Shown here: piece after piece, positions 15,422-24,470 of the stretch
Position numbering within the stretch: the first letter of the stretch is position 1
Layout: each line of letters begins with the position of its first letter
IMG/VR virus record: IMGVR_UViG_3300014153_000004
Location: 1-37,282 of that record
DNA: 37,282 nt
From: a virus
Taxonomy: Duplodnaviria > Caudoviricetes
Reading direction: 5' to 3' (one strand)
Position numbers and translations under genes: made by a program
The notes under the pieces: model-generated
What the model was told of the DNA's origin: nothing
What the model saw: the letters and a program-made list of their open reading frames with translations, nothing else
Database searches by the model: none

Positions 15422-16291
15422 GTGGCAAGTAAATCGGGTATCACGCCGCAAGGCGCGACAGAAATCATTCCCTCAACGGAAATGCCTCAGTTCAACGAGG
15501 CACTCGCGAAGATGGACGGTTTGGAATTGGAGTTAGAGCCTCTCTCGAAGGAAGCACGCGAACTCAAGATCACGGATAAGCCTTCACGCGAACGCGCCGG
15601 CGTTCTCAACGCGCAATTCAAGGACATCCAGAAAACGGGTGACGCGACCCTCGCGACGTATGATGCCATCGTGAAGCGCGTAAAGGACTTCATCCAGACG
15701 CGAAAACTCCGCGTGAAGAATCGCGCGGAAGAAGCCCGCGGCATCCTTATGGGCAAGATGGGCGACTGGGATCGCGCTGAAGAGGCAGCGGCGAGGGCGG
15801 AAGAGGAGCGCAAGAAGCGCGAGCTGCAAGCAACATTGGACCGCCAAGCGGAAGAAAAGCGCCAAGCGGACGAACAGGCCGCAAGAGAACTCCGCGTGAG
15901 TCGCGTTGCCGAAATCCGCGCTGACCTCAAGGCGGGAAAGATCACCAAGCGCCAAGCGGAGAAGTTGCTCCGCGAAGCTGGCGCGATGGAAGAAGCGCTC
16001 AAAGCCAAGGCAGCGGCCGACCAGGAAGAAGCGAAGACGCAATCCGCTAAGGTCGTGGAGACCGTGAAGGTGGAAACGAACGTCCCGATAGTCCCCGGAA
16101 ATGTGCGTCGGAAAAATTGGCGCTTTCGCGTGGTCAACGCGCAGCAAGTGAAAGTGCGCTATCTCTGCCCGGATGAAGTGAAGATCGGTGCCGAAGTCCG
16201 CAAACTCACGAAGGATTCAACCGACACGGACAAAGCCGCGATAGAGATGGAAGTCGGCGGCATCGAAATATATGAAGACAGGTCCTATTGA
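15422..16291 (+). CDS. Long coiled-coil protein of the recombination module
   Basis: SD AGGAGG; long E/A/K/R helix; C-terminal RRKNWRFRVV...GGIEIYE. Confidence 0.75.
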   Translation: MASKSGITPQGATEIIPSTEMPQFNEALAKMDGLELELEPLSKEARELKITDKPSRERAGVLNAQFKDIQKTGDATLATYDAIVKRVKDFIQTRKLRVKNRAEEARGILMGKMGDWDRAEEAAARAEEERKKRELQATLDRQAEEKRQADEQAARELRVSRVAEIRADLKAGKITKRQAEKLLREAGAMEEALKAKAAADQEEAKTQSAKVVETVKVETNVPIVPGNVRRKNWRFRVVNAQQVKVRYLCPDEVKIGAEVRKLTKDSTDTDKAAIEMEVGGIEIYEDRSY

Positions 16292-16821
16292 TGGGCAGAA
16301 ACACTTCACACACATGGAAATCGGAGTACAGCAGGAAATGGTACGCCAAGAACAGAGAGCGGTTTCTCGCTTACTGTAAGGCACGCCGTCGTGGACCACG
16401 AAGAGAACACTTCCTTCGATTGGAACGGATCGCCAGCCATAAAAGGCAGATTGAAGGGAGGAGAAAAGTTACTCCAAGAGATAGAGAAATGATGAAGAGA
16501 TGTCGGCAGAAAAAAGGCGGGGCTTACATCTCATGGGATGCCATGGTTCAGCGATGTACAAATCGCAAAAATCCCAATTGGAAAAACTATGGCAGGCGTG
16601 GAATCAAAATCTGCCCGAGATGGAGAACATTCGCATTCTTTCTGGCAGATATGGGGCCACGCCCAGAGGGAAAAACTTTAGACCGTTTCCCTGACAACGA
16701 TGGCAACTATGAACCTGGGAATTGCCGCTGGGCTACTCGCAAAGAGCAGTTAGCAAATAGGAGGAAATATCGAACTTCGACTACTAGATCGATGGAAAGA
16801 CTACGCAGACGCGTGCGTTGA
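16288..16821 (+). CDS. HNH-family homing endonuclease
   Basis: [49 protein letters not shown]. Confidence 0.85.
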   Translation: MMGRNTSHTWKSEYSRKWYAKNRERFLAYCKARRRGPRREHFLRLERIASHKRQIEGRRKVTPRDREMMKRCRQKKGGAYISWDAMVQRCTNRKNPNWKNYGRRGIKICPRWRTFAFFLADMGPRPEGKTLDRFPDNDGNYEPGNCRWATRKEQLANRRKYRTSTTRSMERLRRRVR

Positions 16822-16834
16822 TAATCTCGCGAAG

Positions 16835-17050
16835 ATGGACCCGGGCCTCGCGAAGACGCCGGCAGAGCGCGAGGAGATCCGCAAAGCATTCTACGGTGGT
16901 GCGTGCTGCATCTTCAATATCATGAACGTGGATATGATGGATGAAACGAAGAGCGAGCGGGAACGCGAAGTCGTGCTGGATGACTTGGCGCGCGAGATTC
17001 AACTCTACATGCAGGAACTGCAAAGCGAACTTCGCCGCTTGCTGCAGTGA
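16835..17050 (+). CDS. Hypothetical protein (EIRKAFYGGA motif); true start probably further upstream
   Basis: Frame is open upstream to an AGGAGG at 16758-16763. Confidence 0.65.
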   Translation: MDPGLAKTPAEREEIRKAFYGGACCIFNIMNVDMMDETKSEREREVVLDDLAREIQLYMQELQSELRRLLQ

Positions 17051-17059
17051 GGAGGACGC

Positions 17060-17179
17060 GTGATTGCATTCATCCTTTGGTTCGCTCTCTTGCTCGTGAT
17101 CGTAAGGTTCACGCGAGGCTGGGTTCGCGGAATTCTGGTGACTCTCTATCTGGTCGGTTCAATTCTTGTGGCGCTCTAA
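17060..17179 (+). CDS. 39-aa two-TM peptide (not in ORF track)
   Basis: SD AGGAGG, GTG start; MIAFILWFALLLVIVRFTRGWVRGILVTLYLVGSILVAL. Confidence 0.55.
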   Translation: MIAFILWFALLLVIVRFTRGWVRGILVTLYLVGSILVAL

Positions 17180-17479
17180 ATGACGCTTGCCGACAAACTC
17201 CGCAAGTTAGGCTTCGAGGTTCACGCCTTTGACCGCTATCAGCATCGCGTGAATCGCGAGTTTGATTTCTGGCTCACAGACCACAATCGTGCGCTTGCTT
17301 GGCATGACCTGGTGACTGGCGAAAGAGGCCGAAAGCCAGAGCATCAGATAGTGAAGTTCATTGAAGAACGCTTAAAGAATCGGCCCACAGAAGTGAGCAA
17401 AGAATCATTCATCGCAAATTTGGTTGAAATCGGATGGTCGAAAGAGGAGGCAACACAGCAATGGAACGAACGAAAGTAA
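17180..17479 (+). CDS. Hypothetical protein
   Basis: Starts immediately after upstream TAA. Confidence 0.65.
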   Translation: MTLADKLRKLGFEVHAFDRYQHRVNREFDFWLTDHNRALAWHDLVTGERGRKPEHQIVKFIEERLKNRPTEVSKESFIANLVEIGWSKEEATQQWNERK

Positions 17480-17763
17480 CCAGCAAGAAACTCGCGAGTG
17501 TCGGATACGATCCCGCGACGAAGACTCTTGAAGTCGAGATCATCCCGTGGGCAAAACAAGGGCAACCCACGCCCAAGAATGTGGTATATACTTACTCACC
17601 CTTCACTCCTGAGCGCTTCGCGGAATTCATGGCTGCGGAGTCTCTTGGTAGCTATTTCCTCAAAAACATCGTGAAGGACAAAACTTTGCCGTACAAGAAA
17701 GTGGGTGAAGTCGATGCCAAAAAAGAAGAAGCACCCGAAGCGCCACCGCCCCAAGCTGCATAA
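17461..17763 (+). CDS. KTSC domain protein
   Basis: MERTKVTSKKLASVGYDPATKTLEVE...YTYS...FMAAESLGSYF. Confidence 0.85.
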   Translation: MERTKVTSKKLASVGYDPATKTLEVEIIPWAKQGQPTPKNVVYTYSPFTPERFAEFMAAESLGSYFLKNIVKDKTLPYKKVGEVDAKKEEAPEAPPPQAA

Positions 17764-19162
17764 CGCACCAGTTCAGAGCAACGCTATTGTTCGCATTGCT
17801 CCTGCGCCCGAGAAGCCATGGCAACTTGACCAGAAAGAAATCACTATCGTCAAGAACAGTATCGCCAAGGGTGCCTCTGACGTGGAATTGGAATTCTGTT
17901 TGACTGTGGCACGCCGTTATCGTTTGGACCCTTTTCGGCAACAAATATGGTTCGTGAAACGCTGGGACAGCAATGCGGATAACGGCGCTGGTGGGAGAGG
18001 CGCGAATGTCTGGACACCACAAGTCGGCATCAATGGATTGCTTTTTGCCGCTGCGCGCGATCACAAAACAGAATTTGGTGCCATCTCTAAGCCTGAGTAT
18101 GGCCCTATAGTGAACGGACACCCCGAATGGGCCAGCGTCAAGGTGACGAAAAAGAACGGCTCAATCACTGAGGCAGAGGCATGGTGGGAAGAGTACGCCC
18201 CAGCAGACCTGACGAAAGCACCATTCTGGAGAAAGATGCCACGACGCATGATTGGAAAGTGTGCGACAGCCCTCGCCATCCGAGAAGCCTACCCTGACTT
18301 GGGTGGACTCTATATTCCCGAAGAGTGCGAGCGCATGAACCAGGAGTTCGCGCAAGACGTGACACCGGAAGGCAGACGGATCTTGATTGACGGCAAATCG
18401 CCATCAGGCACGTACACCTCACCAGAGCGAAGGTATCAAGACGCGAAAGCCGCGCAAGGTGTCGTAGCAGAAGCCAAAGCCAAGGGGATCTGGTGCGAGA
18501 GGCACCAATGTCCCTTCCCGCAGTGCCCCGCAGACGAGCACAGCGACGGGGAGATGGAGATGATGGAGGCTGCAGAACGCGCCGCCAAAGCGCGGCCGGC
18601 AGAGGCTCAGGTTATGCCCCAGGGCCAAGGGAACGGCCAGGACGCACGAAACGTGACCCCTAAGCCCTCCCAGTCCACCCCACCCGCTAGGCCCGCTCAG
18701 GCACGCCCCGTGTCTCAGGGCGCTACCCACCAGCCGCCTACTGCAGTTCCCGAGGCGGAATTGGGCGGTATTTGGCCCAAGCGCCCGAAAAAGGATTCTG
18801 GCAAGCAGGAGGACGCGCCAGAAGCACGAAAGGCCGGCAAGGGGTCGGTGCTGGGCGGCTCGACCCCTTCTGGCCCTACTTTGCTCTGTGGCACGCTCCA
18901 CAATGCCGTGATCGGGCAGGCTAAGAATCAAGCGCCCTACGTGAACGCGAAGATCAATCAGGCGTGGTACTACTGCTGGACGCCAGCGCTTCATGACTTC
19001 TTGCTCGGCAAGCGCTATCCGCTAGTTGTGGAAGTGTGGCTCGACAAACGTTCGCAAATTGTTGGGCTCAAGAGAATCAATGATCTCCACTTCGATGAAG
19101 ACGGCCGCACACCAATCGTGCAACGCAGTGAACAGCAACCTGGACAGCGCACGCTCTATTGA
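17705..19162 (+). CDS. RecT/Bet single-strand annealing recombinase with long C-terminal extension
   Basis: ELEFCLTVARRYRLDPFRQQIWFV, VGINGL, FWRKMPRRMIGKCATALAIREAYP..GGLYIPEE. Confidence 0.9.
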   Translation: MKSMPKKKKHPKRHRPKLHNAPVQSNAIVRIAPAPEKPWQLDQKEITIVKNSIAKGASDVELEFCLTVARRYRLDPFRQQIWFVKRWDSNADNGAGGRGANVWTPQVGINGLLFAAARDHKTEFGAISKPEYGPIVNGHPEWASVKVTKKNGSITEAEAWWEEYAPADLTKAPFWRKMPRRMIGKCATALAIREAYPDLGGLYIPEECERMNQEFAQDVTPEGRRILIDGKSPSGTYTSPERRYQDAKAAQGVVAEAKAKGIWCERHQCPFPQCPADEHSDGEMEMMEAAERAAKARPAEAQVMPQGQGNGQDARNVTPKPSQSTPPARPAQARPVSQGATHQPPTAVPEAELGGIWPKRPKKDSGKQEDAPEARKAGKGSVLGGSTPSGPTLLCGTLHNAVIGQAKNQAPYVNAKINQAWYYCWTPALHDFLLGKRYPLVVEVWLDKRSQIVGLKRINDLHFDEDGRTPIVQRSEQQPGQRTLY

Positions 19163-19169
19163 GACGAAC

Positions 19170-19646
19170 ATGAACAAGACGCGCTTTGCCGTAAAGATTC
19201 AACATCCCGAATGGCTTAGTAGTTCCAAGCCGCAAGATTCAATCCGCCTGTATCTAGAAGGAAAGATGCCCGCGACGATTGCTGGGTGGTGCATTGTCGT
19301 GGGACTCAAGCATCCTCTTTGCGCTGTCTATGGAAGTGATTTCAAAGCCGCTCGTGCCCTTCTCTATCAAGCATTGCAAGACAAATGGGAAAACAGAATA
19401 ACCGAACCATCGACCAGGCTTTGGTATCACGTGCCGTTTGCCTATGCTTGGGTGTGGACATTCTTTGCCAGCAAATTGACAAAGTATCCCGTTTGGGGTC
19501 GCCGCGAATCTCCCGAAGCAATTCGTTGTGAGATGTGCGGATGGGCTGGGATGAGACGCTGGGCGATTCACGGTTATCAGGACGATGGTAGCGGTCAGGA
19601 TGTAGAGCCAGCGGATGAATGTCCGCGATGTGGCGATGAAGTATGA
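19170..19646 (+). CDS. Hypothetical protein with CxxC pairs
   Basis: CEMCGW...ECPRCG; stop overlaps next ATG. Confidence 0.65.
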   Translation: MNKTRFAVKIQHPEWLSSSKPQDSIRLYLEGKMPATIAGWCIVVGLKHPLCAVYGSDFKAARALLYQALQDKWENRITEPSTRLWYHVPFAYAWVWTFFASKLTKYPVWGRRESPEAIRCEMCGWAGMRRWAIHGYQDDGSGQDVEPADECPRCGDEV

Positions 19647-19909
19647 AAGAGCAACTCAGCGATGCTGACAAAGCCACATTTAAGGCAGCGGCCGAGCGCA
19701 GAAAAGCCAATAACATCAAACTCGGCCAGTTCCGCGTGCTGTGTGACACCAACCAAGTGGTGAGCCTCACGGAGTTCTATGAGGGGTTCGTCGCGCGATT
19801 AGGAAAGCAGCACGCGGTTGATTACATGATCGTGCTGATGCGGAAAGGTTCTGAAGCGCTGGATCGCGCAGTGGAAGCGAGGAAACTTGATCGAAAACAA
19901 AAGAGATGA
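19643..19909 (+). CDS. Hypothetical protein
   Basis: ATGA overlap; 88 aa. Confidence 0.65.
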   Translation: MKEQLSDADKATFKAAAERRKANNIKLGQFRVLCDTNQVVSLTEFYEGFVARLGKQHAVDYMIVLMRKGSEALDRAVEARKLDRKQKR

Positions 19910-20288
19910 GCAGGCCACTCTCGCACGCCACTTTCACAGCAAAGATTCTTATGTGTCTCTTGCTGGCCACGAGTATCTCGCGGGAGTTTTGGATCACGCT
20001 TTCCGGCGCGCCGAGGTCTACCGCCAAGCGGGCGGGGAAGTGCAGCTCATCATCGAGCCTGGGAAGCAGCGAATTCAACACTGGGTGAACGTCAGGAGCG
20101 CGCTATGTCAGGGATGCCCACGGCCTCATCCAGTCAGTTGGGTATTTGGTCAGTGGCACCACAACGTGAAAAGCTACGGCGGTCGAAGATGCGATTGTCT
20201 GAAGTGTGCGCTTTGGGTTTGTTCCCCGTGGCACGAGCAACATCATAATCGGGTGATCAAATGGACGAAGAAACCCTCAAATATATAG
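19887..20288 (+). CDS. HNH-like zinc-binding nuclease
   Basis: RRAEVY...CQGC...QWHHNV...WVCSPWHEQHH; SD GAGG. Confidence 0.6.
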   Translation: MIENKRDEQATLARHFHSKDSYVSLAGHEYLAGVLDHAFRRAEVYRQAGGEVQLIIEPGKQRIQHWVNVRSALCQGCPRPHPVSWVFGQWHHNVKSYGGRRCDCLKCALWVCSPWHEQHHNRVIKWTKKPSNI

Positions 20289-20455
20289 TGACCTGTCTTG
20301 ACGCTCAATTCCGCGGCGAAGAACTTTCTCCCGCCACGCACACGCGGCTGATTCAATTGGTGGACGCAGGCCTTGTGGGTATGGATGGCTTCAAGTATTG
20401 CTGGCCCGAAGTAGCGAAGGAGAACAGGAAAATCTTCCTTGAGCATCAACGCTAA
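20261..20455 (+). CDS. Hypothetical protein
   Basis: Short ORF colinear in operon. Confidence 0.55.
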   Translation: MDEETLKYIVTCLDAQFRGEELSPATHTRLIQLVDAGLVGMDGFKYCWPEVAKENRKIFLEHQR

Positions 20456-20630
20456 AATCAAAGTTTGCGGTAATCACCCGAAACGCGTGTACTACGACGG
20501 GAAGAAATGCCCTTGCTGCGAGCTAATGAAAGAAATGCCGAATCGCACGAGAGCAAGAGTATTTAGGTTGGAAGGGAAACTTGAGAGACTGAAAAAACGG
20601 CAGAAAAACCTAGTTGACAGGTTACAATAA
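20439..20630 (+). CDS. Small Cys/basic protein
   Basis: CGNH...CPCC; stop abuts the rep start. Confidence 0.55.
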   Translation: MSINAKIKVCGNHPKRVYYDGKKCPCCELMKEMPNRTRARVFRLEGKLERLKKRQKNLVDRLQ

Positions 20631-21391
20631 TGCGTAAACAATCCAGCCTGGAGGTTACAGGCGTGAATCCAAGATTCGGTCGTCGTTCGTGGGTAAAACT
20701 CTGGGTTAATGAATGGCTGGATGGAACCACAAGATTTGAGATGTCTGATGCTCAAAGAGCGTTTTGGATTGATCTTCTTGCTATGGCTGGCCGCTCTAGG
20801 TTCCCCGGAAAAATATGCGCTGGACAGGTTGACGGAACATTTGTCGGCTATCCCATTAATAAGTTTCAGTCCCTCATGGCCGAGCCTATTGATATTCAGG
20901 AAACTCTCCAGTTGTTTGAACGCACTGGCAAAGTCCGATTGACCACAACATCTGAGAAGCCGATTAAACTCGTGATGATTGAACTTGTGAATTGGGATCG
21001 CTACCAGTCTGAATATCAACGCCAAAAGAAGTATCGAGGGAAGTTACAGCAAAGTGACTCGCAAAGTGACACTCAAAGTAACAAGACAGAGACAGAGGGA
21101 GAAGTAGAAGGAGAAGTAGAAGAGAGGCAGAGGTTACACCCCCGCCGCCTCCGCGATGCTTTTCAACTTATCGGCTGTGAACCCTTTGGAAGTCAAACAT
21201 TTCAACTTCTTTGGGAATATGAAGCCGAGCATCACGATGGAAAGTCATCTTGGGCAGACGCTATGGAGCGAGTAATTCAGCAATGTCAAAAAGAGAAACC
21301 AAAAATCAAGGTCCCAGGAAGATTCTACGCGCACAAAAAAGAGGTAGAAAAAATCGAAGCTCAACAAACATACAAAAAGACCCCGTTGTGA
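20630..21391 (+). CDS. Phage replication initiator/replisome organizer-like protein
   Basis: RRSWVKLWVNEWLDGT...FWIDLLAMAG...NWDRYQ N-domain; repetitive ETEGEVEGEVE linker. Confidence 0.75.
   Translation: MRKQSSLEVTGVNPRFGRRSWVKLWVNEWLDGTTRFEMSDAQRAFWIDLLAMAGRSRFPGKICAGQVDGTFVGYPINKFQSLMAEPIDIQETLQLFERTGKVRLTTTSEKPIKLVMIELVNWDRYQSEYQRQKKYRGKLQQSDSQSDTQSNKTETEGEVEGEVEERQRLHPRRLRDAFQLIGCEPFGSQTFQLLWEYEAEHHDGKSSWADAMERVIQQCQKEKPKIKVPGRFYAHKKEVEKIEAQQTYKKTPL
21050..21082 (+). repeat. Three 12-bp-period direct repeats (candidate origin iterons)
   Basis: CAAAGTGAC-tcg-CAAAGTGAC-act-CAAAGTAAC inside rep, followed by purine repeats GGAGAAGTAGAA x2. Confidence 0.5.
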
Positions 21392-21415
21392 CCGATACGA
21401 TCAAAGGAAGAAAAA

Positions 21416-21760
21416 ATGGATGACCGGATGGTGCCACTCAGTAGCGTTTTGGATTTGATCGGAGACATCTGCTTGGATTGTCAATCGAAAATACGCCAGA
21501 GGCTAGGTAGCGCTCCACTCAAGGGCAATATCATGCGCGACAGAACGCGCGAGCTTCTTGAGCAGGCCAGCCGCGAAACTGGCATCACCATCACGCGCAT
21601 GCTCGAAAAGAGCAACGTCGCTTCTGTGGTAGCAGCGCGGCGCCGCTTCGCGATACTGGCACGCGCACAGAATTTCTCCTATCCCGAGATTGGCGCGGCC
21701 CTCGGGAAGCACCACACCACGATCATGCACCTGGTAAAGAGTCAGAACGGAGCGCATTAG
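21416..21760 (+). CDS. DnaA domain IV-like HTH protein
   Basis: ARRRFAILAR...SYPEIGAALGKHHTTIMHLV resembles DnaA S..EIG..FG.RDHTTV.H. Confidence 0.8.
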   Translation: MDDRMVPLSSVLDLIGDICLDCQSKIRQRLGSAPLKGNIMRDRTRELLEQASRETGITITRMLEKSNVASVVAARRRFAILARAQNFSYPEIGAALGKHHTTIMHLVKSQNGAH

Positions 21761-21764
21761 CCTC

Positions 21765-21793
21765 TTGACTCGCGAGGCCAAGAGTATATATTG
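21765..21793 (+). promoter_or_regulatory. Sigma70-type promoter with operator
   Basis: TTGACT-16-TATATT; site GAGTATATATTG at 21782-21793. Confidence 0.7.
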
Positions 21794-21861
21794 AGAACGC
21801 TCTTCCACGCGCCTTCCGAGGCGCTACGCCGGAAGGGAATCAAAAACACGAAAGGAACGCC

Positions 21862-22671
21862 ATGTCAGCCAAGAAAGCGAAGAAAGCAGCCCCGAAGTCC
21901 AAGCCCAAGGAGAAGCGCGGCCCTAGGCTCCCTAAGGCCCCGTCAATGCCCCCTGCAGCGCCCGAACCACCCGAAGCACAAGCGGGAGGCACAGAGGCCC
22001 CGGAGAACGCAGCGGAAGAGGAACATCCCGCGCCAAAGCCACCGCCCCCCAAAAGAAGCGGAAAGCGTGGCCTGACGCTCGCCAATGCGGTTCACAGCGC
22101 AGCGCTGGACGCGGACAAGGACTTCGACACGCCAACGCGCACGCAAGCCACAGTGCTTGGTGGTGCACAAGGTTCGCTCCTAATCGAACAGCCTCCCAAG
22201 CCGAAAGTGGTCGGGGACCGCTTCGAGGTTTTCTATCTCAAGCCCATTTTCGCGAAGACGCCAAAGGGCGACATCACCGTGTCTCTCGCGATCACCCTCC
22301 CGCTCGAGGACAGCCACGATGGCCTACTCCCGAAGATCATCCATGACGGGTATCGCGACATCACGAAGAAGGGCCGCAAGGGAATGACCTTCACGGAGCT
22401 GCCAGGTCAGCACGCGATGTTCTTCTTGACCTCGGACATTCGAGAAGAGTCGCTCGTTCTGCCGGCCGCGAAGATGATCAACGCGAGCCTCGCGCTAGTC
22501 CAGCGCAAGGGAGAAGGCGAAGCGCGCAAAGTGATCCGCCTCTCTTTCCGCCTCCAGGTGAAGCTCTCCAAGGAAGTCGCGCACTTCGCGGAGCAGAACC
22601 TTGGCAACAACTTCTGGCTCTCACTCAAGGAAACCGATGAGCCCTTGTTCGATGAAGAGGATGAGGACTAG
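21862..22671 (+). CDS. Hypothetical protein with K/P/A-rich N-terminus
   Basis: SD AAGGA; globular C-domain, acidic tail. Confidence 0.75.
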   Translation: MSAKKAKKAAPKSKPKEKRGPRLPKAPSMPPAAPEPPEAQAGGTEAPENAAEEEHPAPKPPPPKRSGKRGLTLANAVHSAALDADKDFDTPTRTQATVLGGAQGSLLIEQPPKPKVVGDRFEVFYLKPIFAKTPKGDITVSLAITLPLEDSHDGLLPKIIHDGYRDITKKGRKGMTFTELPGQHAMFFLTSDIREESLVLPAAKMINASLALVQRKGEGEARKVIRLSFRLQVKLSKEVAHFAEQNLGNNFWLSLKETDEPLFDEEDED

Positions 22672-22925
22672 TGGCCATTCCTGAAAAACGCGAGGACTTA
22701 CTCTCCGCTGGATACGTGTTCAGCGGAGAGTCTCGCTGTCGTGGATGCGGGGAGTATATGGAATGGTGGATTACTCCTCGAGGGAAGCGCATGCCAATGA
22801 GCGTTCAGGACGTGAAGGATGAATCCAAGATTTTCCCGCAGCCAATTCTCCGCACGATTCGCGTCCCTCACTGGGAGGTCTGTCCTAACGCTGCGGATTT
22901 CAGGAAACCGAAAGAGAAAAAATGA
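22671..22925 (+). CDS. Zinc-binding hypothetical protein
   Basis: CRGCG..MEWW.T..GKRMP...HWEVCP.A.DFR. Confidence 0.75.
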   Translation: MAIPEKREDLLSAGYVFSGESRCRGCGEYMEWWITPRGKRMPMSVQDVKDESKIFPQPILRTIRVPHWEVCPNAADFRKPKEKK

Positions 22926-23209
22926 ACGACACAATAAGTCCAGCTTTCTTCAACTTTATTTCCCAAGTAGCACACTGCGCCACCACTTATGCCATCACCT
23001 TCACTATCTACGCCAAGTGGGGATTTCACGGCTGGCTTATTGGAGCCATCGGCGTACTGTTGTATGCGGCTGTGAAGGAATTCTGGTATGACGCGAAATA
23101 CGAGAATGCCGCGACCCGCGGCAGTGACCTCGAGGACTTTTCCTTTCTCGTTGCTGGCCCGCTTCTCGCGCTGGTTATCGGGCACTATCTTTGCTCGTGG
23201 AAACTTTAA
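22922..23209 (+). CDS. Small membrane protein
   Basis: Three hydrophobic segments; AH...KEFWYD...D motif. Confidence 0.7.
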   Translation: MNDTISPAFFNFISQVAHCATTYAITFTIYAKWGFHGWLIGAIGVLLYAAVKEFWYDAKYENAATRGSDLEDFSFLVAGPLLALVIGHYLCSWKL

Positions 23210-23506
23210 TTGGAGAAGCCGCTCACCATCGATGACTTCGCGCCGCTCTCTCCCCTAGTGCGAGGCTATGAATTCCGCCCAGGTTGCGCGTATCTCATTC
23301 TCTGCGATGGCAAGGAATTCTCCGCAAGCGCAGCGTATGCCCTCATGCGCGATATCCGCCAGATGCACCCTGATGTCCAGATCGCGATTGTTGCCACACC
23401 AAAAGTGAAGAGTATCGAAGTGCGCGAGAAAGAGTTACCGCAACAGAGCGATGGGATGCCCGCCAGCGATCAAAAGCAAGAAGGCAAGCAATCCCGCAAA
23501 GAATGA
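23210..23506 (+). CDS. Hypothetical protein, last gene of the + arm
   Basis: TTG directly after upstream TAA. Confidence 0.6.
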   Translation: MEKPLTIDDFAPLSPLVRGYEFRPGCAYLILCDGKEFSASAAYALMRDIRQMHPDVQIAIVATPKVKSIEVREKELPQQSDGMPASDQKQEGKQSRKE

Positions 23507-23599
23507 AATCCGGCCTACTTCTTGGAGTTTCGGATTCGCGCTAAAGGCGTACATCAATAGGCCGACAAGAGCGACTAAGAGACTGAGAAATATAATCAT
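23435..23599 (-). CDS. 54-aa two-TM protein, holin-like (not in ORF track)
   Basis: SD GGAGG; MIIFLSLLVALVGLLMYAFSANPKLQEVGRISFFAGLLAFLLLIAGGHPIALLR. Confidence 0.7.
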   Translation of the reverse strand: MIIFLSLLVALVGLLMYAFSANPKLQEVGRISFFAGLLAFLLLIAGGHPIALLR

Positions 23600-23668
23600 G
23601 AATTCCTCCACGCTGAGACTATCGTGCGCTTACTCTTGCGTCTGTTCGTTTTGGTACAGCTTGCGATA

Positions 23669-23953
23669 TTACCCGGTTGTCAGTGGTGGCTTCCCGAGGC
23701 GCACCAGTTCCGCGTTGATCGCGGCAAGATCATCGTTGCTCAGTTTGTCCACCGCCAAGAGTTCCGCTTGGTCGCCGGCCACGAGCAATTGATAATCCTC
23801 GCTGTCCACGGAAGTGAGCGCGGATTTGATCTTCGTGACCACCGCTTTTCCAATCGGCACCAGCACTTCGCCAACCTGAATCGCGAGGCCCACGTAACCG
23901 CCGATCTGACTGAGTTGATCGAGAACAGACTTCGGTGTGACTGTGTTCGGCAT
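23669..23953 (-). CDS. Hypothetical protein of the lysis region
   Basis: Amphipathic N-terminal helix; follows the lipoprotein gene. Confidence 0.7.
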   Translation of the reverse strand: MPNTVTPKSVLDQLSQIGGYVGLAIQVGEVLVPIGKAVVTKIKSALTSVDSEDYQLLVAGDQAELLAVDKLSNDDLAAINAELVRLGKPPLTTG

Positions 23954-23968
23954 GTTCGTCTCTCTTTC

Positions 23969-24457
23969 TTAGAATGACAAAATCAGCGCGACGGCACCAG
24001 TGATTTCCGCGATCAACCCGTTGACCTTCTGCAAACTCGTCTGGTCCTTGATGCCGGTCACGCCCTGCGTGTTGAGCGTAAGGATTTGCGCGGAGATTTG
24101 CTGCATGTAATCTCTGATCTGCGCTTTAGTCGAATCATTGAAATTATTCGGCGATTGCTTCAGCACCGTACTTGCGGAAAGCTGAAGCTGATCAATCTTC
24201 CCGAGAACTTCCAGGGTTGTCGCGTAATTGTTGCCATCGGGGAAAAGTCCCGACTTGTTCAGTTCAATCACGGTCTGTCGTGCAGTCGAGGTGACATTCG
24301 CGATGGTGCTGAGATCCTGAACAGCAGAATCCCAGTTCTGCGCTTGAACTTGCGTGACCCCAGGTGGCAGATTCGTTACGGTCTTCACTCGAGCGGCGCA
24401 TCCGCCGAACGCGAGCGCAAAACAGAGAAACAATACTGCGAATGGCCGATTCTTCAT
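23969..24457 (-). CDS. Lipoprotein (possible spanin component)
   Basis: Signal peptide with lipobox FGG-C; helical body; SD AAGGAG. Confidence 0.7.
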   Translation of the reverse strand: MKNRPFAVLFLCFALAFGGCAARVKTVTNLPPGVTQVQAQNWDSAVQDLSTIANVTSTARQTVIELNKSGLFPDGNNYATTLEVLGKIDQLQLSASTVLKQSPNNFNDSTKAQIRDYMQQISAQILTLNTQGVTGIKDQTSLQKVNGLIAEITGAVALILSF

Positions 24458-24470
24458 GTTGGTTTGCTCC

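Noticed and set aside
17582-17593. TATATA-core matches inside coding regions (also ~6480, ~31148, ~31169)
   Set aside because: Explained by Tyr/Ile/Val codons, with no adjacent -35 noted; not counted as operators
19906-20088. ORF with ATGA overlap
   Set aside because: Competes with 19887..20288, which has an SD and HNH-like Cys/His motifs
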